Positions 1-8,211 of a stretch of 64,000 bases of DNA are shown here, one piece after another. A program made the position numbers and the translations under genes. Source of the stretch: Opitutia bacterium (lineage in GTDB: Bacteria; Verrucomicrobiota; Verrucomicrobiia; Opitutales; Opitutaceae). How positions within the stretch are numbered: the stretch's first letter is position 1; every line of letters starts with the position of its first letter. The DNA is taken from contig CANIJN010000002.1 in the NCBI GenBank assembly GCA_947467625.1, forward strand, positions 714 to 64,713. Direction: 5' to 3'. The notes beneath the pieces were generated by a model. That model worked only from the letters and a program-made list of their open reading frames with translations, did not search any database and had not been told where the DNA came from.

Positions 1-797
1 ACGAGGGTCGGATTACCCCAGAGAATTTCCCAGCCCATCAGTTTGTAGAAAAGATAAATTGCCATCAGCAAAAACGAGCCGCCGGCGATGGTGAAACCGA
101 ACATCGTGCTGAGCGTGAGGGCGTAGGTGGAGAAGCAAAAGATGCCGTTGAAGCCGATGCGCAGGGAGCCGAAGAAACGGTTGTAGTTGGTCTCGCCGGA
201 AAAACGCGCCGGACGGTCGAACGGAATAATGGCCTGTTTGAAACCGACGACGGCGACCATGCCGCGCAGGAAGCCGTGACTCTCTTTGAGCTTCACGACC
301 TCGGCGACGACGCGACGGGCCATGAGGCGGAAATCGCCGGTGTTGGGCGGGATTTTTACATCGGCGATTTTGTTGATCACCTTGTAGCCCGTGGCGGCGA
401 CGAGTTTTTTGATCCACGGTTCGCCGGTGCGGGCGCGGCGTTGCGGGAGGACGACGTCGTAGCCCTCGCGCCATTTAGCGAGCATTTCGTGAATGAGCTC
501 GGGCGGATCCTGGAGATCGACGTCCATGGCGACGACGGCGTCGCCGGAGGAGTATTCGAGGCCGGCGAGGGTGGCCATGGGTTGACCGAAGCGGCGGGAG
601 AAGCGGAGGAGTTTGATGCGCGGATCACTCGCGCGGTACTCCAAAATGACGTCTTCCGTGCGGTCGGGCGAAGGGTCGAGCGAGAAAATGATTTCGTAGT
701 CCTCCGTGACGGCGGAGAGAATCGGACGGAGGCGCCGGAGGAATTCCGGGATATTTTTTTCCTCCTTATAAACGGGGACGACGATGCTGAGGAGCAT
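1..797 (-). CDS. GT2 polyprenol-phosphate glycosyltransferase (ArnC/GtrB/DPM1-like); C-terminus runs off the window
   Basis: Absent from the ORF track because it is open-ended. My translation of the minus strand from ATG at 797..795 gives MLLSIVVPVYKEEKNIPEFLRRL...YEIIFSLDPSPDRTEDV...VAMDVDLQDPPELIHEML...GDFRLMARRVV..., then a hydrophobic tail (TMFGFTIAGGSFLLMAIYLFYKL). This is collinear with the ArnC/GtrB pattern (VIPVYNE ... DADLQNPPE ... C-terminal TM helices). Confidence 0.85.
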   Translation of the reverse strand, partial: MLLSIVVPVYKEEKNIPEFLRRLRPILSAVTEDYEIIFSLDPSPDRTEDVILEYRASDPRIKLLRFSRRFGQPMATLAGLEYSSGDAVVAMDVDLQDPPELIHEMLAKWREGYDVVLPQRRARTGEPWIKKLVAATGYKVINKIADVKIPPNTGDFRLMARRVVAEVVKLKESHGFLRGMVAVVGFKQAIIPFDRPARFSGETNYNRFFGSLRIGFNGIFCFSTYALTLSTMFGFTIAGGSFLLMAIYLFYKLMGWEILWGNPTL

Positions 798-909
798 GTT
801 TCGGAGAAGGGCGATCGAAGATGAGCGAAGAGAGAGGGGAGATGAGACTCCGGAGGAGGAACCACTAATGGACACTAATCAGCACTAAATTTTGGAGGGC
901 ATCGCCGAC

Positions 910-3774
910 CTACCAGCGGATGCCGAGGGCAAGGAGACGAGCAACGAGCGCGCCGCGGAAGCGGGTGCGGCGCGCGTAGGCATCAATCGTCGTCCAGTCG
1001 TCCTGGCGCGGGCCGTGGAAGCGCGTGCGAATCCGCGCCATCTCTTCGGCGCCGACGGTGTGGATGGCCTGGGAGGTTTTTTGCTCGGAGTGTACGCGGA
1101 AGGCACCGAGGAAATACGGGACACGCACCAGTTTGCAGCCGGCTTGTTGAAAGCGGGCGAGGAGATCCCAATCGAGGGCGAATTGGAAACTGGGGTCGAT
1201 GCCGCCGGCGAGATCCCAGGCGCGTTTGCGCCAGAAGAGGGTTTCTTGCGGGACGTAGTCGATCCACTCGAGGACGTGAGGATCGTGGCGCGGCATGATC
1301 CAGCGGCCGACGTCGCCGTCGTTTTCATCGATGATAATGCGGTGGCCGTAGATCACATCCACCTCGGGGTGAGCGGCGAAATATTCGGCGACGTAGCGGA
1401 GCACGCCGGGGCCGATGAGGTCGTCCGAGTTGAGCCAAGCCATGACATCATCAGGGCCGAGCTCGGGGGTGAGGCGGGCGAAACCGCGGCGGATGGCATC
1501 GGCTTGGCCGGCGTCGCGGGCAGATTCCCAAGCGTGCAAGCGGGCGGCTTGGCGGGCGATGATGGCGGGACTCTGGTCTTTTGAGCCACCGTCCTGCACG
1601 ACGTAAAGGAGGTGTGGATACTGTTGATCGAGGATGCTCAGCATCGTCCGCTCGAGATATTTTTCCTGTCCGTAGCTGGGCGTGACGAGGGCGATCTGGG
1701 GGAGCGATCGGGTCGGGAGGCCGGCGGCTGGGGACTGGGCTGCTAGGCGTGGGGCGGGAAGGCGGTCCCAGACGAGCGGTTTGGGCGCGTGGTGGCGCAG
1801 GATGCCGATCTGCATCCAGTATTTCTCGACGACGCGGGTGAAGAGCCAGGCCTCGCAGGGCCGCCACCACTGTGCGCGCGCGTGGGCGGTGGCGGCCAGC
1901 CAGAGCTTGCGCAGGAGGGCAGTGGAGTCGGTGGAGTCGGCGGCGAGTTGCTGGATGACGGTTTCGCGCTCGGCGCAAGCGCGGTTCAGCACTTGAAGAA
2001 CGGCTTCCTTTTCCGCGAGGAGACGGCCGAAGCGTTTGGCTTGTTCGAGTGAACCGTGGCCGGCGGCGTAATTTTCGAGCGACTGGTCGCGCTCGGCGAG
2101 CAGGGCCTTCAGGGCGACGATCTCGCGGTCGCGGAGAATGACGAGGGCCTCGATGTTGCGGATGTGGACGGCGCGGTCCGCGAGGGCCTGGGTGGCGAGC
2201 GCGATATCGGGGGGGAGGAGCGTCAGCGTGGCTTTGAACTGCGTCTGGTCAGCGAGGGCGGAGGCGTGGCGGGCGGTGAGGTCAGCGAGCGTGTGCTCGA
2301 GCTGTTTGCTGTGCGCGTGCTGTTGAAAAATGAGGCGCTCGCGTTCGTCGCAGACGGATTTGAGGGCGATGATTTCGGCGTCCTTCGCGTGAATTTCGCG
2401 TTCTTTGGAATCGATTTCGCGTTCTTTGGAATCGATCTCGCGCTCCTTCTCGGCGATCGAGAGTTCCTTTTCGAGAATGGCGACGTCCTTTTCGCGGTCG
2501 AAGGCGGTGAGCGCTTCGAGTTTGTGCTGGCGTGCGAGATGTTCGGTGCGAAGGGAACGGTAACGTGAGGACGACGCGGCGATGAGTTCGCGGGTGGAGG
2601 CCGGGAGGCGTTCGATCTGACGCACGGCGAAAGGCGCGTCGGGGTACGCGAGGGTGTCGTCGAGCGCGGTGATGGCATCCGCGATCGTGATACCGCTGAG
2701 GCAAGGCGCAGCGGCGTCGCCGAAGGCGCAATCCCAGCCGCAACCGAAGCACGGGAGCGGCTGCACCAAAACGAGGCCGCGGCGGGCGGTCGGCGTGAAG
2801 CGCGGCCAGGTGCCGCCGCCGAAAAAGGCGACGACGGGGATGTCGAGGGCGGCGGCGAGGTGCATGGCGCCGGTATCGTTGCCGAGGAAAAGCGCTGAGT
2901 CGGCGATGAGTGCGGCGAGGGTCGGGAGCGAGTCCTCACGGCCGAGCCAGAGAGCAGGTGCGACGAGTGCTGCGGTGGACGTGCAGCTCGTGGCGGCGAG
3001 GAACTCGAGGTGAGTGCGCTCGTGCTCGTGGCCGACGAGCAGCGTGGGGAGGCCGTGGCGTTCCTGCGCATGGCGGAGGGTGGCGGCGAACCGGTCGGCG
3101 GGCCACGTTTTCAGCGTGACGTTGGCGAAGCCGGCGGCGGCACAGAGGACATACCGACCGGGCGCGAGGCCCTGCGCGGACAGCAACGCGCGGGCGGTGG
3201 CCCGGGCGGCGCTGGGCAGCGTGAAGGTTGCGGGCACCGGGATCGCCGGGCGGCCCAGCAACGCGGAGGCGAGGCGAAGGTTGCGCTGCGCATCGGGCTC
3301 GTCGGTGGGGACGGCGACTTGCTCGGGGAACACCTGAGTGGCGTCGAGTTGCAGCTGGACGCGGAGCTGGGTGGAGAAAAATTCATCGTTGGCATCGGCC
3401 CCGAGGGCGACGTGCCGCGCGGCAGGGGCGACGGCGGCGAGGGCGACCTCGAGCCAGTTCCGACGCGAGGTGGCGGCGGCCACGAGGTCGGGGTGTAGAG
3501 ACTCCACGAGGCGGCGGAGCCGGGTGAGTTCGACGTCGTCGGCTGCGGGGCCTTGGGCGAAAGGGTCGAACGTGGTGGGAAAAAACTCGATCCCGGGAGC
3601 GAGCAACGCAGCGAGATCGACGTAAGGCCGGCGGATGAGGACACACAGACGCGTGGCCGGCCAAGCGGCCCGCAACGCTCCCAGCGCGGGCGCGAATAGG
3701 ACGAGGTCGCCGAGGGTGTCGAGCTTGAGGAGGAGGGCGACTGCGGGAGCGACGTGGGGGGCGGGCGCGGTCAT
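910..3774 (-). CDS. Three-module glycosyltransferase: N-terminal GT9 (heptosyltransferase-type), ~230-aa coiled coil, C-terminal GT2
   Basis: ORF track, 954 aa. The N-terminus (LLLKLDTLGDLVLFAPALGALRAAWP ... LGNDTGAMHLAAALDIPVVAFFGGG) matches the GT9 signature. Residues ~395-625 are heptad-rich in E/K/L/A, including EKEREIDSKEREIDSKEREIHAKDAEI. Residues ~690-954 (IALVTPSYGQEKYLERTMLSILDQQYP ... WLNSDDLI) match GT2. The start overlaps the upstream gene's stop (ATGA at 3771-3774). Confidence 0.8.
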   Translation of the reverse strand: MTAPAPHVAPAVALLLKLDTLGDLVLFAPALGALRAAWPATRLCVLIRRPYVDLAALLAPGIEFFPTTFDPFAQGPAADDVELTRLRRLVESLHPDLVAAATSRRNWLEVALAAVAPAARHVALGADANDEFFSTQLRVQLQLDATQVFPEQVAVPTDEPDAQRNLRLASALLGRPAIPVPATFTLPSAARATARALLSAQGLAPGRYVLCAAAGFANVTLKTWPADRFAATLRHAQERHGLPTLLVGHEHERTHLEFLAATSCTSTAALVAPALWLGREDSLPTLAALIADSALFLGNDTGAMHLAAALDIPVVAFFGGGTWPRFTPTARRGLVLVQPLPCFGCGWDCAFGDAAAPCLSGITIADAITALDDTLAYPDAPFAVRQIERLPASTRELIAASSSRYRSLRTEHLARQHKLEALTAFDREKDVAILEKELSIAEKEREIDSKEREIDSKEREIHAKDAEIIALKSVCDERERLIFQQHAHSKQLEHTLADLTARHASALADQTQFKATLTLLPPDIALATQALADRAVHIRNIEALVILRDREIVALKALLAERDQSLENYAAGHGSLEQAKRFGRLLAEKEAVLQVLNRACAERETVIQQLAADSTDSTALLRKLWLAATAHARAQWWRPCEAWLFTRVVEKYWMQIGILRHHAPKPLVWDRLPAPRLAAQSPAAGLPTRSLPQIALVTPSYGQEKYLERTMLSILDQQYPHLLYVVQDGGSKDQSPAIIARQAARLHAWESARDAGQADAIRRGFARLTPELGPDDVMAWLNSDDLIGPGVLRYVAEYFAAHPEVDVIYGHRIIIDENDGDVGRWIMPRHDPHVLEWIDYVPQETLFWRKRAWDLAGGIDPSFQFALDWDLLARFQQAGCKLVRVPYFLGAFRVHSEQKTSQAIHTVGAEEMARIRTRFHGPRQDDWTTIDAYARRTRFRGALVARLLALGIRW
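2387..2449 (-). repeat. Three imperfect in-frame copies of a 21-bp unit inside the coiled-coil region
   Basis: The plus strand reads (cgt)gaatttcgcgttctttg / gaatcgatttcgcgttctttg / gaatcgatctcgcgctccttc. On the coding strand this encodes KEREI(D/H)(S/A) heptads. Confidence 0.85.
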
Positions 3775-6700
3775 GGCACGGGCGCGAGATCGACCTGCAG
3801 CAGTCGCGCCGAGCGGCGGCGGGTGTCTGGGGCCGGCAGAGGGAAATCCGCCGGAGCGTCGAAGCGGAGCATCTGCGGTGTCACCGAAGCGGGGATACGG
3901 ATGATCACGGTGGCGTAGGCCCCCGCCGCGAGCGTGTGGCTCGTGAAGACGGGGACGGGGGCGACGGGCCCATCGGCGCTGGAGACGAGTTGCGAGCGCA
4001 GGACGGTGGTGGGCGCGCCCGACCAGTCGGGGATTTCGAACCGCAACGTGACGTCGTGGGCGAGCGTGTTGGCGGGGAGGTGAAGGGTGGCTTCGCGGGC
4101 CATCCAGCCGTCTTGGTCGATGCCTTGAGCGGCGAGTCGCAGGGCACCGGCGGTGGCGAAGTCGAAGGTGCGGCTGGGGAGGGTCGGGAGAATTTCGAGA
4201 AGCGCGAGTTTGGCGCCCACGGGTCGGTCATCCTCATCGGGGAGGGGGGCTGTCGCGGAGGGACGGAGGGAAATCCGCGTGGGGCCGGAGACGGTGGCAA
4301 CGGGCAGGAGCCAATCGAAGGTGCCGGTGGCGGCGGGGAGTTCGAAAGCGCGACCGTTGACGTTGACCTGCAGCGTGCCGCGGCCGAGGGGCTGGCCGGG
4401 GAGTTCGGGGACGTAGCCGCGCAAGCGGAGACTGGAACCGGCGGGCGCGGCGCCGAGAATGAATTCGCTCTGCGGGGAGAGCCAGCCGTCTTCGAAGATA
4501 CCGGAGAATTCGAGGCCGCGGGCGTGGACGAGGTCGGCGGGGAAATTTCTGAGCCGCGTGGGGCGCGCGAGCGCGGCGACTTCGGCGGGGGAGAGTGCGG
4601 AGATGTCGCGGCCGTAGGCGACGAGCAGACGCGAGTCGAGGGGGATGCGGGTGTTGTAGAGCGACTGGAGGCCGCGGCGTTTGTAGGGGAACTGGACGGG
4701 CGTCTCGGCGAGGTCGAGGGCGATGTAGGCGGCGCCGTCCTGCCAGATCGGGCGGAGCGGGCCGATGATGCGGTTGACGGCGCCGTGACCGACGAAACCG
4801 AGGGGGACGTCTTTTTGGGCGAGAATGCGCGGGCCCTCAGTGGCGGCGAGTACGCGTGAGCGCTCGGGCGTCCACGAAGTGTGTTTGCTGCCCATGAACG
4901 ATTTGGAGAGTGCGACGCGGAGGTAGATTTCCTCGCTGGGTTGTTCGACGCGGATCAGCAAAAAGCGCCCCAGTCCGGTGATGTCCTGTTGGCCGGTGTG
5001 GGGGTCCGCCTCTTGTTGATACATACCGATGCGGTGGCGGTCGCCGAGGTAGTAATGGTTGCCGCGCCCGGAGTGGACGAAGACGAGGTGGTTGGCCGCG
5101 GCGGGCGAGGCGGCGGGGACGGCCTTGAAGTAAACGGTGGGCTTGGCCGTGGGGTCGGGCAGGCGGAATTTATTAAAGAGACCGAGCTGCTCGCTGAGGA
5201 GAAGGTAAGCGTCGTGGGGGTCGCGCTTCGCGAAGTTCAGCGCGGGCGCGCGAAATTCGGTGTTAAAGAGCCTGGGCGTGAGCATCGAATCCGCGTCACG
5301 CTGCGCGAGGATAGCGCGGGTGCGGACGAGATCCTGGAACTGGGGATGCAGGCTGACGAGTTGGTCGCCGAGCCGCTCGAACTCGATCGGGGCGATCTGC
5401 TGGAAGTAATCGCGGGCCAGAAAACGCAGGTCGGTGCCGCGAAATTCGACGGCGGCGAGTTTGGCGGCGACGAGGTTGCTGATGTCGCTCAACAGCCGCG
5501 TCTGGGGCGCGACGGCAGGTGCCGACGCGCCGAGAATGGAGGCGAGTTTGGCCTCGGTGAAGCCGCCGCCTTTCTCGCCCTGCGAGACTTGGGTATAGTA
5601 AAGGGCGCTCGGTGCACACAGCACCGCGAGCAGGAGCACGGCGGCGGGCGCCGTCCAGCGGGCGCGGGGTAGAGCGAGACACGCGCAGGCCAGGGCGGCG
5701 GCGAGTGCGGGCTGCATGAACATCGCGGTCTTGTAGAGACCGAAGTCATTGCCGCCGGTGTAGAGTTTCACGCACATCGCGAGGAGTACGATGAGCAGCG
5801 CGGTCATCGGTGCCGGGGTGGCTCGGAGCAGCGTTTCGCGGCAGGAAACGACGATGGCGGTGACGAGACAGATGAACCCACCGAGAATGGCGAGGGAGGT
5901 AAACGGCTCGGCGAACGTGACGGCGAGCGGCATGAACCCAAAGAGGTTGGCCAGGCCGGTCGGAATGAGGAAATACGGAAACAGCGAGAGCGAGAGATCG
6001 ACGGTGCGGAAACCGGAGCCAAATTGATAGGAGATCGTGAAGAGATAGGAGAGGACGTTGTGGCGGAGGAGGACGAGGACGCCGACGATGCCATACATTA
6101 CGAGTCCGAGGCGCGCGGTGGGGAAAGCCCGCGTACGCACCCACTCGATGGCCCCGACCAGCAAGGTGGTTAAGACCGCAAAGGCGGTGACCTCGGGGTA
6201 AAAAACGGCGAAGGCGGCTCCGACGATCGAGAGGACCGCGATATGTGGGACCAGCCGGCGGCGGGTCGCGGGGAGGCGGGCCGTGAGCAGCGCGGTCGCG
6301 GTCAGCAGCAGGGCGACGCCACCGACCTGCGCGATGAGTTGGTAGAGCATGCCCAACATGAACAGCGGGCTGACGGCGAGGAGCGCGGCACCCAGCAAGG
6401 CGTGACGACGCCAGCGGCCGCGATGTAGCGTGAGGCCGGCGGCGGCAAACAGTTGCACGAGCCCAAAGCCCATGATCACGGGCATGAAGATACCCAGAGT
6501 CCTGATACCGGTCAGCGCGCTGATCCACGCGAGCACATGTTCGCTGCCGAAACGCATCAGGCCGGGCACGTGCATGAACCAATAATATTGCGACCAGTCG
6601 CGACCGGCTAGTTCCTCACTCGTCGGGACGCGCCAGAAGCCAAAATCTTTGAAGCGCTCGGCGGCGAAGCAGTAATTAACAAAGTCGTCGTTGACGTAGC

Positions 6701-7052
6701 TCAGCCAATTGAAACCGAAACGCAGTGCGGGCCAGCCGGTCCAGAGCAGCACAAACGCAGCCAGCGCGAAAAACGGCGCGAGGGCGCGGGCCGGGAAGAC
6801 GGGACGGCGCCACAGGAAAATGCCGAGGGAGCCCAGCGCGAGTCCCCACGTCATCGGCCCAGCGAAGGCGCGGACGGGGAGTCCGGCTTGGTTCAACACC
6901 ATAATAGTGAGCACGGCGGTCGCGAGGCCCGTGGCGGGCGCGAGGAGCCACGAACGCAAAATGCCGCCGCGCCAAGAGCACAGCGCCAGCGTCGCCCGAC
7001 CCAGCACGGTCAGGAAGAGGAAAAAACCGAAGGAAACTGCGAGAGCTGACAT
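3771..7052 (-). CDS. Large polytopic membrane protein with a ~590-aa C-terminal soluble domain; putative GT-C-fold glycosyltransferase
   Basis: ORF track, 1093 aa. The N-terminal ~500 aa has a dozen or more hydrophobic helices. The first extracytoplasmic loop carries SYVNDDFVNY, an acidic DD motif as in GT-C enzymes. The long C-terminal non-membrane domain recalls the EmbC/AftA layout. The CDS is confident; the function is inference. Confidence 0.65.
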   Translation of the reverse strand: MSALAVSFGFFLFLTVLGRATLALCSWRGGILRSWLLAPATGLATAVLTIMVLNQAGLPVRAFAGPMTWGLALGSLGIFLWRRPVFPARALAPFFALAAFVLLWTGWPALRFGFNWLSYVNDDFVNYCFAAERFKDFGFWRVPTSEELAGRDWSQYYWFMHVPGLMRFGSEHVLAWISALTGIRTLGIFMPVIMGFGLVQLFAAAGLTLHRGRWRRHALLGAALLAVSPLFMLGMLYQLIAQVGGVALLLTATALLTARLPATRRRLVPHIAVLSIVGAAFAVFYPEVTAFAVLTTLLVGAIEWVRTRAFPTARLGLVMYGIVGVLVLLRHNVLSYLFTISYQFGSGFRTVDLSLSLFPYFLIPTGLANLFGFMPLAVTFAEPFTSLAILGGFICLVTAIVVSCRETLLRATPAPMTALLIVLLAMCVKLYTGGNDFGLYKTAMFMQPALAAALACACLALPRARWTAPAAVLLLAVLCAPSALYYTQVSQGEKGGGFTEAKLASILGASAPAVAPQTRLLSDISNLVAAKLAAVEFRGTDLRFLARDYFQQIAPIEFERLGDQLVSLHPQFQDLVRTRAILAQRDADSMLTPRLFNTEFRAPALNFAKRDPHDAYLLLSEQLGLFNKFRLPDPTAKPTVYFKAVPAASPAAANHLVFVHSGRGNHYYLGDRHRIGMYQQEADPHTGQQDITGLGRFLLIRVEQPSEEIYLRVALSKSFMGSKHTSWTPERSRVLAATEGPRILAQKDVPLGFVGHGAVNRIIGPLRPIWQDGAAYIALDLAETPVQFPYKRRGLQSLYNTRIPLDSRLLVAYGRDISALSPAEVAALARPTRLRNFPADLVHARGLEFSGIFEDGWLSPQSEFILGAAPAGSSLRLRGYVPELPGQPLGRGTLQVNVNGRAFELPAATGTFDWLLPVATVSGPTRISLRPSATAPLPDEDDRPVGAKLALLEILPTLPSRTFDFATAGALRLAAQGIDQDGWMAREATLHLPANTLAHDVTLRFEIPDWSGAPTTVLRSQLVSSADGPVAPVPVFTSHTLAAGAYATVIIRIPASVTPQMLRFDAPADFPLPAPDTRRRSARLLQVDLAPVP

Positions 7053-7073
7053 GGAGAGGACGAGCTACGGAGT

Positions 7074-8186
7074 TCAGGGACCGGGTGCAACAGCGGATCG
7101 CGCGGCGGCGCGGACGAAGGCGGCGCAGGCGTCGAACGCACGATCGGCGGCGAGGTCGAGTGCCGCGCGGGATACGCCGGCCTGAGACGAGAGCGACTGG
7201 AGGCTGCGCGTCACGGTGGCGGCATCGGCGTCGGTGGCGAGCAGCGGGCAGGCGAGCTCGTGGGCGGCGGCGCGGAGTTTTTCGTTGGTGGCGAGGATCG
7301 CGATTTTCGAGCCCGCCCAAGCCCCCGCGAGCGCGGCGTGAAAACGTGCGGTCACGAGCCATGCGCCACTCGGCCAACGGGACAACGCCGTTGTGAGCGA
7401 CTCGGCCGTTGCGAGCGACTCGGCTGGGGAGGGCAAGCGATCGGGGATAGCCAGCGCCCAGCGGGCTCGGTCCGCGAGCGGGAGCGCATGGTGGAGGGCG
7501 CGCTCGGCACCGGGGAGCTCGCGGGATTCCTGGGCGAGCCAGACGCGCTCGGTGATGGCGAGGCCGGGCACCGAGGCTTGAGCTGCGGTGAGGAAGGCGG
7601 CTTGGCCGGGCCACGCGCCGTAGTCGAAGTTGGCCACGAGGGTCAGGCGCCCCGCGCTGGCGGCGGGCGGAGGGGTTTCGCGGAAAAACAGATGAGCGAG
7701 GTCGGCGGCGCTGGCGATGGGCGGAGGCGCGGGGAGTGCGGCGAGGCGGTCGGCCGAGGCGGCATCGCGCGTCCAGATGGCCGCGGCTTGGGCGCAGATG
7801 CGCTGCACATCGGGAGCGGCGAGCTCCGCGCTCGTCTGCACGCCGACGCCGAGGAAATACATCGGCTTGTGGGCGCGCGCGCAGAGGGCCGCTTCGGACA
7901 CGAGGTGGTCCACGAACCAGCGCGACAGCGCGCTCTGAAACGGTGAACCGCCGAGGCCCAGCCACGCAGCGCATTCGGCCACGCAACGTGCGCGGGTCGG
8001 CTCATCGCAAGGCAGCCACGTAATCGCCGGGAAGCGTCGACGCAGCGGATCGAGGGCGAACGGCACGCAGCACGTGAAGGTGGCCTGCGGCGCGAGCGTG
8101 CGCATCGCAGCGAGGAAACCCGCGAGCATGAAGTCGTCGCCCAGATTGCCCGCTCCGTAAAAATGGTGCCCGAGATGAATGCGCAC
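7074..8186 (-). CDS. Polysaccharide pyruvyl transferase family protein (CsaB/WcaK-like)
   Basis: GTG start. MRIHLGHHFYGAGNLGDDFMLAGFL carries the N-terminal G-x-G-N-x-GD motif, and TARFHAALAGAWAGSKIAIL lies near the C-terminus; both resemble PF04230 members. There are 21 nt to the next gene downstream and 25 nt from the tpsB stop. Confidence 0.7.
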   Translation of the reverse strand: MRIHLGHHFYGAGNLGDDFMLAGFLAAMRTLAPQATFTCCVPFALDPLRRRFPAITWLPCDEPTRARCVAECAAWLGLGGSPFQSALSRWFVDHLVSEAALCARAHKPMYFLGVGVQTSAELAAPDVQRICAQAAAIWTRDAASADRLAALPAPPPIASAADLAHLFFRETPPPAASAGRLTLVANFDYGAWPGQAAFLTAAQASVPGLAITERVWLAQESRELPGAERALHHALPLADRARWALAIPDRLPSPAESLATAESLTTALSRWPSGAWLVTARFHAALAGAWAGSKIAILATNEKLRAAAHELACPLLATDADAATVTRSLQSLSSQAGVSRAALDLAADRAFDACAAFVRAAARSAVAPGP

Positions 8187-8211
8187 GGGCAGGCGTGTGC
8201 CGACGGGGAAA

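Noticed and set aside
13-865. Track ORFs 13..474(-), 276..824(+) and 377..865(-).
   Set aside because: All overlap the well-supported ArnC-like GT2 frame (1..797, minus). Their translations are Arg/Pro/Gly-rich low-complexity sequence typical of off-frame high-GC DNA.
6676-7986. 436-aa minus-strand ORF spanning the pyruvyl-transferase/GT-C junction.
   Set aside because: It is extremely Arg/Pro-rich (RRRPRSS..., PRHHRARLARPG...). It overlaps two genes that have family motifs and is out of frame with both.
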